Shown piece after piece: positions 55,377 through 64,000 of a stretch of DNA of 64,000 nt. Each line of letters starts with the position of its first letter. Position 1 is the first letter of the stretch. A program made the position numbers and the translations under genes. The notes below the pieces were generated by a model, which had not been told where the DNA came from, ran no database searches, and saw only the letters and a list, made by a program, of their open reading frames with translations. Where the stretch lies: contig JAIFWJ010000001.1 in assembly GCA_019661865.1 (NCBI GenBank), positions 43,290 to 107,289 on the forward strand. The letters are read 5' to 3'. The stretch comes from Candidatus Parcubacteria bacterium (lineage in GTDB: Bacteria; Patescibacteriota; Minisyncoccia; Phycocordibacterales; Zambryskibacteraceae).

Positions 55377-56188
55377 TATCGTATGGCGAGATATCCGAGG
55401 AGAATGAGGGCGAAGCCTACTATGAGGTTCGTAAAGACATTAAGGACGGTTAAGGTTTTCACCAACTCGTTCTGTTTAGTGGTTAGAAGTGAGTTGTTGG
55501 TCTCCCGAAGTTCCCTAACAGACTCGAGTTCTCCATGCAGTGAACCTTCGAATTTAAAATATTCATCGAGTACACCACGAGTGGCGAAGCCGAAGTCCTC
55601 TCCAAACTTTTTCTCACCTTCGATACCAAGTGTCTCAAGTATCTCACGGTAGGGTAGGGTAGTCTTCCTAAAGTTAAGAAGCTTTCTAGATATCTCTGAA
55701 AGAGCGAAGACCATTTCTCTTTCTTTACCCTTAAATATTCTGGTCTCAATATTTTTCAACTGGTCATCGAGAGCCATGATGCTATTGTTAAGATCTGTAA
55801 AGACCTCTCGCAGAAGTGAGAAGAATATTGCATCTCGAGTCTTCCCGGGTGACTTATCCAAAATAGAATCTACCTCAATCTTCTTAGCAAACCTGGCTAC
55901 TGCATCAAGCTCTTCATACCTGGTGGTAATGATGAAGTCAGAGCCTACTACGAAATCGATCTCCCTGCCGCTGCGACTCTCACCTCGGGTGGTATCTACA
56001 GGCAAGTGCATTACTAAGTACACGTAGTGTCTTCTGGCTTCCGCACGGTGCTTCAGAGTAGGGGAGGCAAGCTCGTGAGCCACTAAGGAGTCAATATTGT
56101 ACTTCTCTGTAACTGATTTGATTTCCTCTGGAGTGGGCTCTAGAAGATCTGTCCAAGTTGTGTCCTTATACTTATAGACGCTCAACAT
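55376..56188 (-). pseudogene. CorA-family Mg2+ transporter homologue truncated just before the GMN motif and TM2 (possible pseudogene or divergent form)
   Basis: CorA-like N-domain and TM1 (...VLNVFTNLIVGFALILLGY LAIR*); the stop abuts the cysS start, and no GMN is found in any frame downstream. Confidence 0.4.
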
Positions 56189-56202
56189 TTGTATCTAGTA
56201 TA

Positions 56203-57438
56203 ATGTGCTTAATGGAATTCGCAAAGAAGCATAAGACCGCGATCCTGTCCCTCTTCATCGCGGTGGTCTTCTTCTCGCTTGGAGAGAGGAGAGGAAAGAA
56301 CTTAACATTAACCAAGGCCACTCTAGAGAATCTGGTAAACACTGATTCTGGAAGTGCTTCAGATGTCGACTTCTCACCCTTCTGGAAAGTTTGGTCTACT
56401 CTCGATGAAAAGTTCGTCCCTACTTCTTCATCTACTAAACCTGTAACAGATCAAGCCAAGGTCTACGGTGCCATACAAGGTCTCACGGCCTCCTTGGGTG
56501 ACCCATACACTGTCTTCTTCCCACCCACAGAGTCAAAACTTTTCCAAAGTGATATTCAGGGCAACTTCGAAGGGGTAGGTATGGAGGTGGTAGAGGAAAA
56601 TGGAGTTTTAAATGTCATCGCTCCGCTTAAGAGCTCTCCAGCTGCCAAAGCCGGGTTACTGGCTGGAGACAAGATTATAAAGATAGATGACAAAGTCACA
56701 TCGAATCTCACCACGGAAGATGCTATACAACTCATACGTGGAGACAAGGGTACAGCAGTGACCTTCACTGTCATAAGACAAGGCAAGAAAGAGCCTCTAG
56801 AGATAAAGGTCGTTCGTGACACCATAGACATACCCACCATAGACTCTAAGAGTCTTGGAAATGACACATACTACATCGCTTTATACAGCTTTACTGCTAA
56901 CTCACCAAATCTTTTCCGTGGAGCACTTAGACAATTTATTGAATCAGGGAATCATAAGCTTATCCTAGATCTCCGTGGTAACCCTGGTGGATACTTAGAG
57001 GCTGCCCTCGACATGGCAAGTTGGTTCCTTCCGGCGGGTAAAGTAGTGGTCCGCGAGAACTTCGGTCCGGGTAAGGACGAGACTGTGTATAGAAGTAAGG
57101 GTTACGATATATTTACTGACCAGTTGAAATTTGTAATCTTAGTAGATAGCGGTTCTGCCTCTGCATCAGAAATCTTAGCTGGAGCGCTCAAAGAATACGG
57201 CAAGGCCAAGCTAGTGGGGGACAAGACCTTCGGTAAGGGTTCTGTCCAGGAACTTGTGGATGTGACTCCTGATACTTCACTTAAGGTCACTGTAGCTCGC
57301 TGGCTCACTCCGAATGGTGTCTCTATATCCGCCACCGGCATTACCCCCGACGTCATAGCCACTAGTTCTCCCACTGACATTGCCAAGGGTAAAGATACCC
57401 AACTCGACAAAGCTAAGCAGGTTGTAAATAGTATGTAA
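56203..57438 (+). CDS. ctpA: Carboxyl-terminal processing protease (S41, with PDZ)
   Basis: PDZ (GDKIIKIDD) plus the S41 core (LVDSGSASASEI). Confidence 0.85.
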   Translation: MCLMEFAKKHKTAILSLFIAVVFFSLGERRGKNLTLTKATLENLVNTDSGSASDVDFSPFWKVWSTLDEKFVPTSSSTKPVTDQAKVYGAIQGLTASLGDPYTVFFPPTESKLFQSDIQGNFEGVGMEVVEENGVLNVIAPLKSSPAAKAGLLAGDKIIKIDDKVTSNLTTEDAIQLIRGDKGTAVTFTVIRQGKKEPLEIKVVRDTIDIPTIDSKSLGNDTYYIALYSFTANSPNLFRGALRQFIESGNHKLILDLRGNPGGYLEAALDMASWFLPAGKVVVRENFGPGKDETVYRSKGYDIFTDQLKFVILVDSGSASASEILAGALKEYGKAKLVGDKTFGKGSVQELVDVTPDTSLKVTVARWLTPNGVSISATGITPDVIATSSPTDIAKGKDTQLDKAKQVVNSM

Positions 57439-57443
57439 CTTGA

Positions 57444-57884
57444 ATGAAAATCATTCTACTTAGAGATATTAAAGGAGTTGGGAAAAAGTATGAGGAGAAA
57501 CAAGTCTCTGATGGTTATGCTATAAACTCACTCCTGCCGAAGAAGCTTGCCGTGCCTGCTACAGGTGCCGTTGCCGGACAGATTAAGAGTCTTAAAGAAA
57601 ATGAATCCAGACATGAGGAAGCCCTGGTGAAGAAGCTTCATGAAGAGGTTTATAAGCTCACTGGTAAAGAGATAAAGATAGTTGAAAAAGCTAATGAGAA
57701 GAATCACTTGTTCCGTGCGCTCTCACGAGATAAAATTGCCGAACTTTTAAAGAAGGAGAATATAAATATCCCTGAAGAGTTCATCGTATTAGAGAATCCT
57801 ATAAGAGATCTAGGAACATTCACCATACCTATAAAGATTGACGGTAAAGAGACCCATTTTAAGCTCATAGTCGAATCAAAATAA
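57444..57884 (+). CDS. rplI: 50S ribosomal protein L9
   Basis: MKIILLRDIKGVGKKYEEKQVSDGYA. Confidence 0.9.
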   Translation: MKIILLRDIKGVGKKYEEKQVSDGYAINSLLPKKLAVPATGAVAGQIKSLKENESRHEEALVKKLHEEVYKLTGKEIKIVEKANEKNHLFRALSRDKIAELLKKENINIPEEFIVLENPIRDLGTFTIPIKIDGKETHFKLIVESK

Positions 57885-57918
57885 AAACCGCTAACACTTG
57901 CGTGTCGGCGGGTGCGGC

Positions 57919-58302
57919 TCAGACTCCTAGTGCTAAGCCTTCATCCTCTTCTGGCATCGATTCAGAGATAATCGCCAAACTATTCTGGACCAAGGCTTCA
58001 CCGACCCACTCGGTCAGGCGGGCGATCTCAGCATTGTTGTGGAGAATGGTGACTCCTCGAATGATCGGAGCACAGAATCTCTTAATGATCAGGGTGGTTT
58101 CCGAGTCGTCCTCTACCAGCTCGAGAATTCCATGAAAAGAAGTGGATTGAAAGCGACTGTCCACAGAACCTTCTTGAAGGTAAATAAACAGTCGTTGGAG
58201 CCTCTCTCGTGAACACCTCTGGAGTTCCCTAGTAATATAGGGTGCAGCCTCCTCTGCTGTGACGGCAGCCATTGAGGCTGTGATCGGACCCGGATCCGTC
58301 AT
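57919..58302 (-). CDS. Hypothetical protein (GC elevated)
   Basis: 127-aa ORF with no motif. Confidence 0.3.
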   Translation of the reverse strand: MTDPGPITASMAAVTAEEAAPYITRELQRCSRERLQRLFIYLQEGSVDSRFQSTSFHGILELVEDDSETTLIIKRFCAPIIRGVTILHNNAEIARLTEWVGEALVQNSLAIISESMPEEDEGLALGV

Positions 58303-58388
58303 GTGTCACCTTCTTGTTATAGTGGGACTCAATGCGCAAAATGTACAAGTCGGGCTACACCTTACCAAATTTTAAGCACTTTGTCGAG

Positions 58389-58661
58389 TTACTTCACCCC
58401 GATAACTTTCTTCTTCATGAGGGAGTTGTCGAAGTGAACTTTACGCTTGTATGTGAGGGTAACAACGCCGTCCTTAAGGGCAAATATAGTATGATCCTTA
58501 CCCATACCTACGTTCGCACCTGGGAGGACATTAGTACCTCTCTGGCGCACCAGTATAGAACCCACCTTGGCTGTAGAGCCTGGGGTAAGCTTAATGCCGA
58601 GATATTTAGGATTACTGTCTCGGCCGTTTTTAGTTGTTCCGCCTGATTTTTTAGTTGCCAT
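58389..58661 (-). CDS. rpmA: 50S ribosomal protein L27
   Basis: [24 protein letters not shown]. Confidence 0.9.
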   Translation of the reverse strand: MATKKSGGTTKNGRDSNPKYLGIKLTPGSTAKVGSILVRQRGTNVLPGANVGMGKDHTIFALKDGVVTLTYKRKVHFDNSLMKKKVIGVK

Positions 58662-59068
58662 GGTTTAAAATGGATCTGGTGAGTATACCTGACACCTATG
58701 AGTTTGACAATAGTGGGGAAGTGGTGCGCCGCCCTGCTATTAAACGCTACTTTCTGGCCCTAGTCATAATCCTTCTAGCCACACTTTCCTTCGGGCTGGG
58801 TAGGCTCTCAAGCTCGGGTACTAAGCCTCCAGTGAAGATAGAGTATGAACCTATAAATGATTCCCAAGGTGTGTCTGCTACCCAGTCTGCCTCGGTAACC
58901 GCTTCGGTCCCTAGTAGGCTTGGATCTGTATATGCATCGAGTAAGGGTACTAGATACTATTATTCCAATTGTAAGAGTCCCGTCTCAGAGAAAAATAAAA
59001 TCTTCTTTTCCACCACTTTAGAAGCAGAAAAGGCCGGCTACACGTTAGCTGCTAACTGTAAACCCTAA
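58655..59068 (+). CDS. Membrane-anchored hypothetical protein with a C-terminal Cys-containing Ada-like motif
   Basis: TM; C-terminus YYYSNCKSP...[15 protein letters not shown]. Confidence 0.35.
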   Translation: MPWFKMDLVSIPDTYEFDNSGEVVRRPAIKRYFLALVIILLATLSFGLGRLSSSGTKPPVKIEYEPINDSQGVSATQSASVTASVPSRLGSVYASSKGTRYYYSNCKSPVSEKNKIFFSTTLEAEKAGYTLAANCKP

Positions 59069-59235
59069 GTCGAGGTAAAGGCTATGGCGGTGGTAACGAA
59101 TGGTTGACCTAAACGGTCTTATACTAGGCCATAGGGAAGCCTCTTTGGCCAAAAGCTCTAAAAATGTTGTACTATGGTAGCCTTAAGATAAGGCCCTGTT
59201 AAGCCATATTTATACCATAAATATGCTGTTTATGC

Positions 59236-59264
59236 TTGACTTTTGTCCCGAAAGGTGATAGTAT
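59236..59264 (+). promoter_or_regulatory. sigma70 promoter (TTGACT-17-TAGTAT)
   Basis: ttgact 59236-41 and tagtat 59259-64. Confidence 0.5.
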
Positions 59265-59267
59265 ATA

Positions 59268-59298
59268 AAAGTCAGCTAAAGGGCTGACTTTGTTTCTT
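59268..59298 (+). promoter_or_regulatory. Terminator-like hairpin immediately downstream of the promoter (attenuator or tiny transcript)
   Basis: aaagtcagc-taaaggg-gctgacttt followed by TTGTTTCTT. Confidence 0.35.
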
Positions 59299-59479
59299 AG
59301 AGAGTGACCTTACGGTAACTGCCACTCTAAAGTTAGAAGTTTATCCCACTGTTATTTTACAGCTAGCATCGATTGGTCTTATCCTTTCACTGTCTACCCA
59401 GACCATCGCCCCATCTGCTCTCGTAACGAGCGCGGTCAAGGCGGATTCAAAGGTAGAGACACAGAGCACTCAAGCTCCC

Positions 59480-59851
59480 GTGCCAGTAGAAGTTAAATCA
59501 GAAAACTACCAACCGATTACAGATCCTGGAAACGTCAAGAAATTCGTAAATCACTATTTCGCAGACATTCCTCTTCTTGCAAAGATTGCAAGTTGTGAGT
59601 CTCATAACCGCCAGTATGAAAAGGACGGTACGATACTCAGAGGTGAACAGAACCACTACGATGTCGGAGTGATGCAGATCAACGAACTGTATCACAAGGC
59701 CATCGCGGAGAGGATGGGGTTAGACATCTATACTATCGAAGGTAACGTAGCATACGCTCGCTACCTATACGAGAAGCATGGTGCACAGCCCTGGATCTCT
59801 TCGTCCCCTTGTTGGGCGAAAGTGACTGAATCTGAAATCGCTAAGGCCTAA
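59480..59851 (+). CDS. Lysozyme-like / SLT-domain (lytic transglycosylase-like) protein
   Basis: CESHNRQY...DVGVMQINELYH matches the SLT ES...GLMQ pattern. GTG start as listed; the frame is open upstream through a hydrophobic segment. Confidence 0.5.
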   Translation: MPVEVKSENYQPITDPGNVKKFVNHYFADIPLLAKIASCESHNRQYEKDGTILRGEQNHYDVGVMQINELYHKAIAERMGLDIYTIEGNVAYARYLYEKHGAQPWISSSPCWAKVTESEIAKA

Positions 59852-59861
59852 TACCAAGACG

Positions 59862-59890
59862 AAAGTCCGCCCCGCAAGGCGGGCTTTTGT
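59862..59890 (+). terminator. Intrinsic terminator
   Basis: tccgcc-ccgcaa-ggcggg followed by CTTTTGTT. Confidence 0.6.
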
Positions 59891-60217
59891 TATCTGCAGT
59901 TATAAATTTAATATAAGTTTAAATAAAAAACGCCGCGACATAGTCGCAGCGGGGTAGGGGTGCACGTAATGTTATTGGCGGTCTGACGGATCAACTTGCC
60001 TAAAGCATAGGCTATCCCCAACAGGACTATTCTCTAAGCAAGTGCGGCTGGTACTTCTGACGGACCGCAACATCCGCACTGAGTACAGTATGTCTGATCC
60101 ATCAGACCTATCTGGTACAGATTTTCCTCTTTTAGGCAGGGCTTGTCAATATATAGGGGAGAGGGTCCTCAAGCTTATTAGAACGTCGCACAATCATTCT
60201 TTTGCGACACTGAGGCC

Positions 60218-61417
60218 TCAAACCACTTCCCCCATAAAGGGTAAATTTAAACGGCGGGTTGGATGCAAATGTCTTCTCCCTACTGAAGTTAGGCTAGACG
60301 CTAGAGATACAGTTCCTGTTCCAAACTTCCTATCTATTTTATCTACTACATCAAATATTTTTTTCAATTTTAAATTTTTCACAACTTCTCCGAATAAATC
60401 TGTCTGGTTTAAGCTCGTCGGCCTGAGCTCACTTAAAGTCACTCCAGTAGCCCTGTATTCAACTCCAGACTTATATAAAGTATCGAAGGTCGACTGAACG
60501 AGGCTCAAAATGGTCATAGGATCGTTCGTCGGCACATCTAGTGGTATCTCACATCGTTTATAACGGAACTCTTGAGTCTTTAAGAAATAATAAATTCTTT
60601 TCGTCTCTAACTTGTCTCTACGTGCATGTATACAAGCACCCTCTACATTGTGAGAGAGTTCAGAGAGAATAATTTTCTTCTCTGAGGTGTGTGGGAAGGT
60701 ACGCGTCTTCTGAATACTTTTCTGTATATCATCTGACTCATGAACTTTATAGACTGGAGTGCCTTTGAGCTCGTACCAAGTCTCTAGCATGGGACTTGAG
60801 AGGTTCTCCCGTATCCATCTCTCTGGTCTTTCTATGAAGTCGAGAGCTGTCACAACTCCAAGTGAGTGTAGATGATGACTAGTCTGGGGTCCAATGCCCC
60901 ACACCTTCCCTACTGCGAGATTTTTAAGAAAGTCATGAATTGATGAGTTGTCAAGAATAGTGAAACCGTCGGGTTTATTCCACTTCGACGCCACCTTGGC
61001 CAGGACCTTCGTGGGAGCGACACCCACACTAAATGTCATACCAAGTTCACGACCTAGAGTAGTCTTTATAAGTCTAGCAGTATGTTCCCTGTCCTTGTCT
61101 TCAAGGATGGCGAAGCACTCGTCTATAGAATACTCCTCTACCCTCTCGGTGAAGCGTCGTACAATGTCGTACATTCTAGTAGCGAACATTCCGTACGTAT
61201 GATAATTGGAATTCACAATGACCGCGGTCGGGAAAAGTTTCTTTATTTCAAATATCGGCATGCCTCTGTGTATGCCGAGTGCCTTGGCCTCAGGACTCAT
61301 GGCAGTGGCTATACCGCGCTCTTGGCCAGTAACTACAGGCTTACCCTTGAGCTTCGGATTAAGTGATATCTCACATGAGGCGAAGAACCCATCTCCATCT
61401 ATATGCAGTATGGCCAT
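60218..61417 (-). CDS. dinB: DNA polymerase IV (Y-family)
   Basis: ILHIDGDGFFASCE...SIDECF motif. Confidence 0.9.
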   Translation of the reverse strand: MAILHIDGDGFFASCEISLNPKLKGKPVVTGQERGIATAMSPEAKALGIHRGMPIFEIKKLFPTAVIVNSNYHTYGMFATRMYDIVRRFTERVEEYSIDECFAILEDKDREHTARLIKTTLGRELGMTFSVGVAPTKVLAKVASKWNKPDGFTILDNSSIHDFLKNLAVGKVWGIGPQTSHHLHSLGVVTALDFIERPERWIRENLSSPMLETWYELKGTPVYKVHESDDIQKSIQKTRTFPHTSEKKIILSELSHNVEGACIHARRDKLETKRIYYFLKTQEFRYKRCEIPLDVPTNDPMTILSLVQSTFDTLYKSGVEYRATGVTLSELRPTSLNQTDLFGEVVKNLKLKKIFDVVDKIDRKFGTGTVSLASSLTSVGRRHLHPTRRLNLPFMGEVV

Positions 61418-61418
61418 A

Positions 61419-61976
61419 TTAGTACTTTCTTAGGACTGCTTTTACTACTGCTGGGATGGTGAGAGTTTCGGAGGGGTAGATGTCCTTGTACTTATCATTG
61501 GCAGCTTCTAGGTAGTGACGCTTACCTCGAGTACGATAGTATTTGAGTGTGTACTCACCATCTACCTCTGCCACCACTATGTCACCGGATTTAGGTGTTT
61601 TACCTCGCTCTACGAGTACTAGGTCACCGGGCATGATACCGGCATCCTTCATGGAGTCTCCCTTCACCTTAAGTAAGTACGTAGCCTCTTTGTTATCCAC
61701 CAGGTATTCATCCAGGCTCATAGTGTCTACAAGTTCCTCTGAGGCTGAGGTCGGGAAGCCAGCCTCAACTACCCCAAGTACCTTCACCTCTCCCAGAGTC
61801 TTCGGCACGAGCTTGCCCCTTGTGTCTTTCCTTATCGTTCCGTCCTTCACGAGTTTATTTACGAAGTAACTTACAGCCGCCTTGGACTTATAGCCCAAGA
61901 GTTTCTCCATCTCAGAGAATGTGGGCATGCGCTTCTTAGACTTATAGAAACTCCAAAGCTTACTTCTTCTATCCAT
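61419..61976 (-). CDS. lexA: LexA repressor (S24 peptidase)
   Basis: N-terminal wHTH and a C-terminal GDSM...K catalytic dyad; dinB lies immediately downstream. Confidence 0.9.
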   Translation of the reverse strand: MDRRSKLWSFYKSKKRMPTFSEMEKLLGYKSKAAVSYFVNKLVKDGTIRKDTRGKLVPKTLGEVKVLGVVEAGFPTSASEELVDTMSLDEYLVDNKEATYLLKVKGDSMKDAGIMPGDLVLVERGKTPKSGDIVVAEVDGEYTLKYYRTRGKRHYLEAANDKYKDIYPSETLTIPAVVKAVLRKY

Positions 61977-61997
61977 TCCCCTATTATACTACTCTAT

Positions 61998-62011
61998 AGA
62001 ACGAACGTTCT
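61998..62011 (-). promoter_or_regulatory. LexA operator (Cheo/SOS box; GAAC-N4-GTTC type)
   Basis: Perfect palindrome AGAACGAACGTTCT 22 nt upstream of the lexA start. Confidence 0.7.
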
Positions 62012-62055
62012 AATGTTTAGGAATTATGTGGATAACAAAAAGAGGTCCGAAGACC

Positions 62056-62295
62056 TCAACAGACTTGTATAACCCGCACTTCGTTTGGAGAAATGATTCC
62101 GTAGGCTCCGTCATGTGTATAAAACTTAAACAAGGGAGTGTTCTGATCAGTGCCTGGAACCTTCTCACTCACAAACACGATGTTCTGTAACAGGGCGCAG
62201 ACGCATAGCTCGTTCTGAAGTTCATGCAACCGGCTACCGCATTTTAAAACCTGCACCCACTTGCCGGAGAGATCCTGATGTTCACGGTGGAGCAT
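62056..62295 (-). CDS. Doubtful small ORF upstream of lexA
   Basis: 79 aa, Cys-rich, no motif; may be non-coding. Confidence 0.15.
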   Translation of the reverse strand: MLHREHQDLSGKWVQVLKCGSRLHELQNELCVCALLQNIVFVSEKVPGTDQNTPLFKFYTHDGAYGIISPNEVRVIQVC

Positions 62296-62351
62296 CGTAC
62301 CCTCCTGTAGGGGTCCGTATTTATCATTTCACATCCGCACACTGGGGTCAA

Positions 62352-63173
62352 TTATCTCAAAATGAAAGTGCCACTAAGAAGCTTTAGAATACCTCTTAAG
62401 AAAAGAAGTCTTGGTTTAAGTGGGACGACGTCTGATGCGGCCATTAAAGACAGTCCGCTCATATACCAAGATGCTGGAGCGGAGTCCCAGTTTATAGTGG
62501 CGGTCTGGTTCGTTTGTATAGAACTTACAATTCTGTCTTCACATGCTAAAGCACCTGAATCTGCTCCAGGAAATTGGGCAAGATTAGTAGCTGCAACTCC
62601 TCCTATAGTTCCTACAGAATAATTTTCAGTAGGTGTCACAGTTGTAACGCATGCCACTACTACTTCATCAGCCTGAGTAGTAGTAAAGCTCGGTGAAGTG
62701 CCTGTATTTGCCGGACCTCCACTAGTGCCGAAAGCTGCATCTGAAGGAGAGGATGAAACTACACCCGAGTATTGTCTAACTTGTCCACCTATAAAGTTAA
62801 CTGTACCGCCAAACGTTACGTGTACCACGTCGGCAGCGTTCCCGGTTACATTCGTAGCCACCCACATTCTAGATTGGTCATCTACAGCTCGAGTGGCTAC
62901 AGCTCCAGTAACCTCGGTAAAGGTATTACCTGCAGTATCGGTGATAGTAGGAGTAGTATTGTCTGTTCCATTTCGAACATACACCACAAGAGTATTTCCA
63001 GTGGTGACACTTAGAGCTGGGAAATTGAAAACAGTGTTAGCTACATCAATATAAAAAGAAGATGTGTTTACGTACGCTATAGCCGCCAGTGCCCTAGGAA
63101 TACCAAAAATAAATGCGAAGTAAGTGAGTAGCCCAACTGACGCTAATATGGCAAATTTCTTCACTTCAGACAT
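62352..63173 (-). CDS. Secreted hypothetical protein (Thr/Gly/Val-rich beta-type)
   Basis: Signal peptide; 273 aa. Confidence 0.45.
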   Translation of the reverse strand: MSEVKKFAILASVGLLTYFAFIFGIPRALAAIAYVNTSSFYIDVANTVFNFPALSVTTGNTLVVYVRNGTDNTTPTITDTAGNTFTEVTGAVATRAVDDQSRMWVATNVTGNAADVVHVTFGGTVNFIGGQVRQYSGVVSSSPSDAAFGTSGGPANTGTSPSFTTTQADEVVVACVTTVTPTENYSVGTIGGVAATNLAQFPGADSGALACEDRIVSSIQTNQTATINWDSAPASWYMSGLSLMAASDVVPLKPRLLFLRGILKLLSGTFILR

Positions 63174-63214
63174 TATACCCTACTATAAGACCTAACTATC
63201 CACATAATTTTGGT

Positions 63215-64000
63215 CTATTTATATGACTTTTCTAGGTAATCCAGGATGGAGGTAATATCCAGTACAGCGTTATTAGAATCTGTTACCACTATGGCTATGG
63301 GACGGATCTGAGAATTAAATGGGATCTCGAAGATTGCCACTCCAGACTCGGTGCCGTCAGAATTCTTTCCTAATATACCGCCCTTATACGAAGGATAATC
63401 CTTGAGAGGGTTTGAGTTAGGGATAGAAGAGAATGGAGAAGATCCGTAGACTGCGGTATTTATCTTCTTATTAGTAAAGTCGAGGATGAAGCTACGGTAG
63501 TTATAGAGATAACTGGCAAGATGGAAGATATCTTCTACAGTAGTGAGACCTCCCTTCGTAGTACTCATGCCTATGGACTTTATCTTATCTGCCATAAGTG
63601 ACTGAGCACGAGTAGTACCAAGTGGAGCCAGGATGTCACGAGCGGTAGATGAAGAAGATTTCAAAAGTAATGGGAAGAGAAGATCATATAGAGTATATGT
63701 CTTACCTTGAGAATAAATATTTCTCTCTATGTCCATGTAGTCTGTAGCCACAAGTGCAGTAAGAAGTGGAGAGAAAGGTGTAAAGTCAGAGGTGTTGAGG
63801 GTTTCTTTCTTTAAGAATACGAAATTGTTCCAAAGATCTGCCGCCAAGTACGAGCCTGAAGAAAGGACAGGGATATTGGCTTCATAATCATGCTCGATAT
63901 CAGTACTTGAATCCTCATATACAAGTACTGGAGTGCCAACACTTACGAGTTGATATACAGCCTGGGCGTCGGCGTCAGAAAGTCTTATACATCCACCGGA
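63215..64000 (-). CDS. L,D-transpeptidase (YkuD) catalytic domain protein with C-terminal extension; N-terminus outside the window
   Basis: The frame is open from 63847 to the window edge. The minus-strand translation of 63848-64000 gives ...SGGCIRLSDADAQAVYQLVSVGTPVLVY, the YkuD catalytic Cys motif. Confidence 0.65.
   Translation of the reverse strand, partial: SGGCIRLSDADAQAVYQLVSVGTPVLVYEDSSTDIEHDYEANIPVLSSGSYLAADLWNNFVFLKKETLNTSDFTPFSPLLTALVATDYMDIERNIYSQGKTYTLYDLLFPLLLKSSSSTARDILAPLGTTRAQSLMADKIKSIGMSTTKGGLTTVEDIFHLASYLYNYRSFILDFTNKKINTAVYGSSPFSSIPNSNPLKDYPSYKGGILGKNSDGTESGVAIFEIPFNSQIRPIAIVVTDSNNAVLDITSILDYLEKSYK

Noticed and set aside
62056-62295. 79-aa ORF upstream of lexA as a real gene.
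   Set aside because: It has no motif and an odd Cys/His-rich composition, and it occupies the lexA promoter/operator-proximal region. It is kept only as a very low-confidence feature.

Overview
This 64-kb window looks like a chromosomal segment from a small-genome, Gram-positive-like or CPR/Patescibacteria-like bacterium. The lineage call is an inference from low GC (about 42-45% by eye), the gene content, a Cheo-type LexA box and weak Shine-Dalgarno usage.

Most of the window is housekeeping. It carries:
- parB (3' part), rel/spoT, a dprA-topA pair and serS.
- An ftsQ-like gene, dus and dnaX.
- A division/cell-wall cluster: mraZ-rsmH-ftsL-ftsI-murF.
- A rod-shape cluster: mreB-mreC-(mreD)-PBP2.
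- greA, lysS, proS and cysS.
- frr, rseP, recR, dnaB and rmuC.
- Ribosomal proteins rplU, rplI and rpmA.
- A lexA-dinB SOS operon with a perfect Cheo box.
- Two tRNAs: tRNA-Gln(TTG) and tRNA-Glu(CTC).

Between about 15.5 and 27 kb there is an accessory-looking, stress-flavoured neighbourhood. Its products are a RibD_C/DHFR-like protein, DUF4342, a SWIB-domain protein with a histone-H1-like tail, a LUD-domain protein, a YflT stress protein, an untabulated KGG stress peptide, a ClpP-like protease, GH18, a VOC protein, SHOCT, DsbB/BdbC, an ECF sigma factor and a Gmad2 protein.

The most unusual locus is 43.5-48.5 kb, next to tRNA-Glu. It holds compositionally distinct small ORFs (higher GC, strong SD), a stand-alone MGMT-like domain and a 916-aa protein. 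That protein's C-terminal half is a HerA/FtsK/VirD4-superfamily (DUF87/AAA_10-like) P-loop ATPase, and its roughly 470-aa N-terminal region is uncharacterised. A GC-rich ORF with a near-consensus sigma70 promoter sits convergent to it.

A second notable feature is a roughly 250-nt candidate noncoding RNA at about 10.16-10.41 kb. It has a consensus TTGACA-16-TATAAT promoter and an intrinsic terminator, and I could not assign it to RNase P, tmRNA, SRP or 6S from motifs.

I saw no CRISPR array, no IS element or transposase, and no integrase. All calls are made by eye from the translations and sequence; no database search was run.
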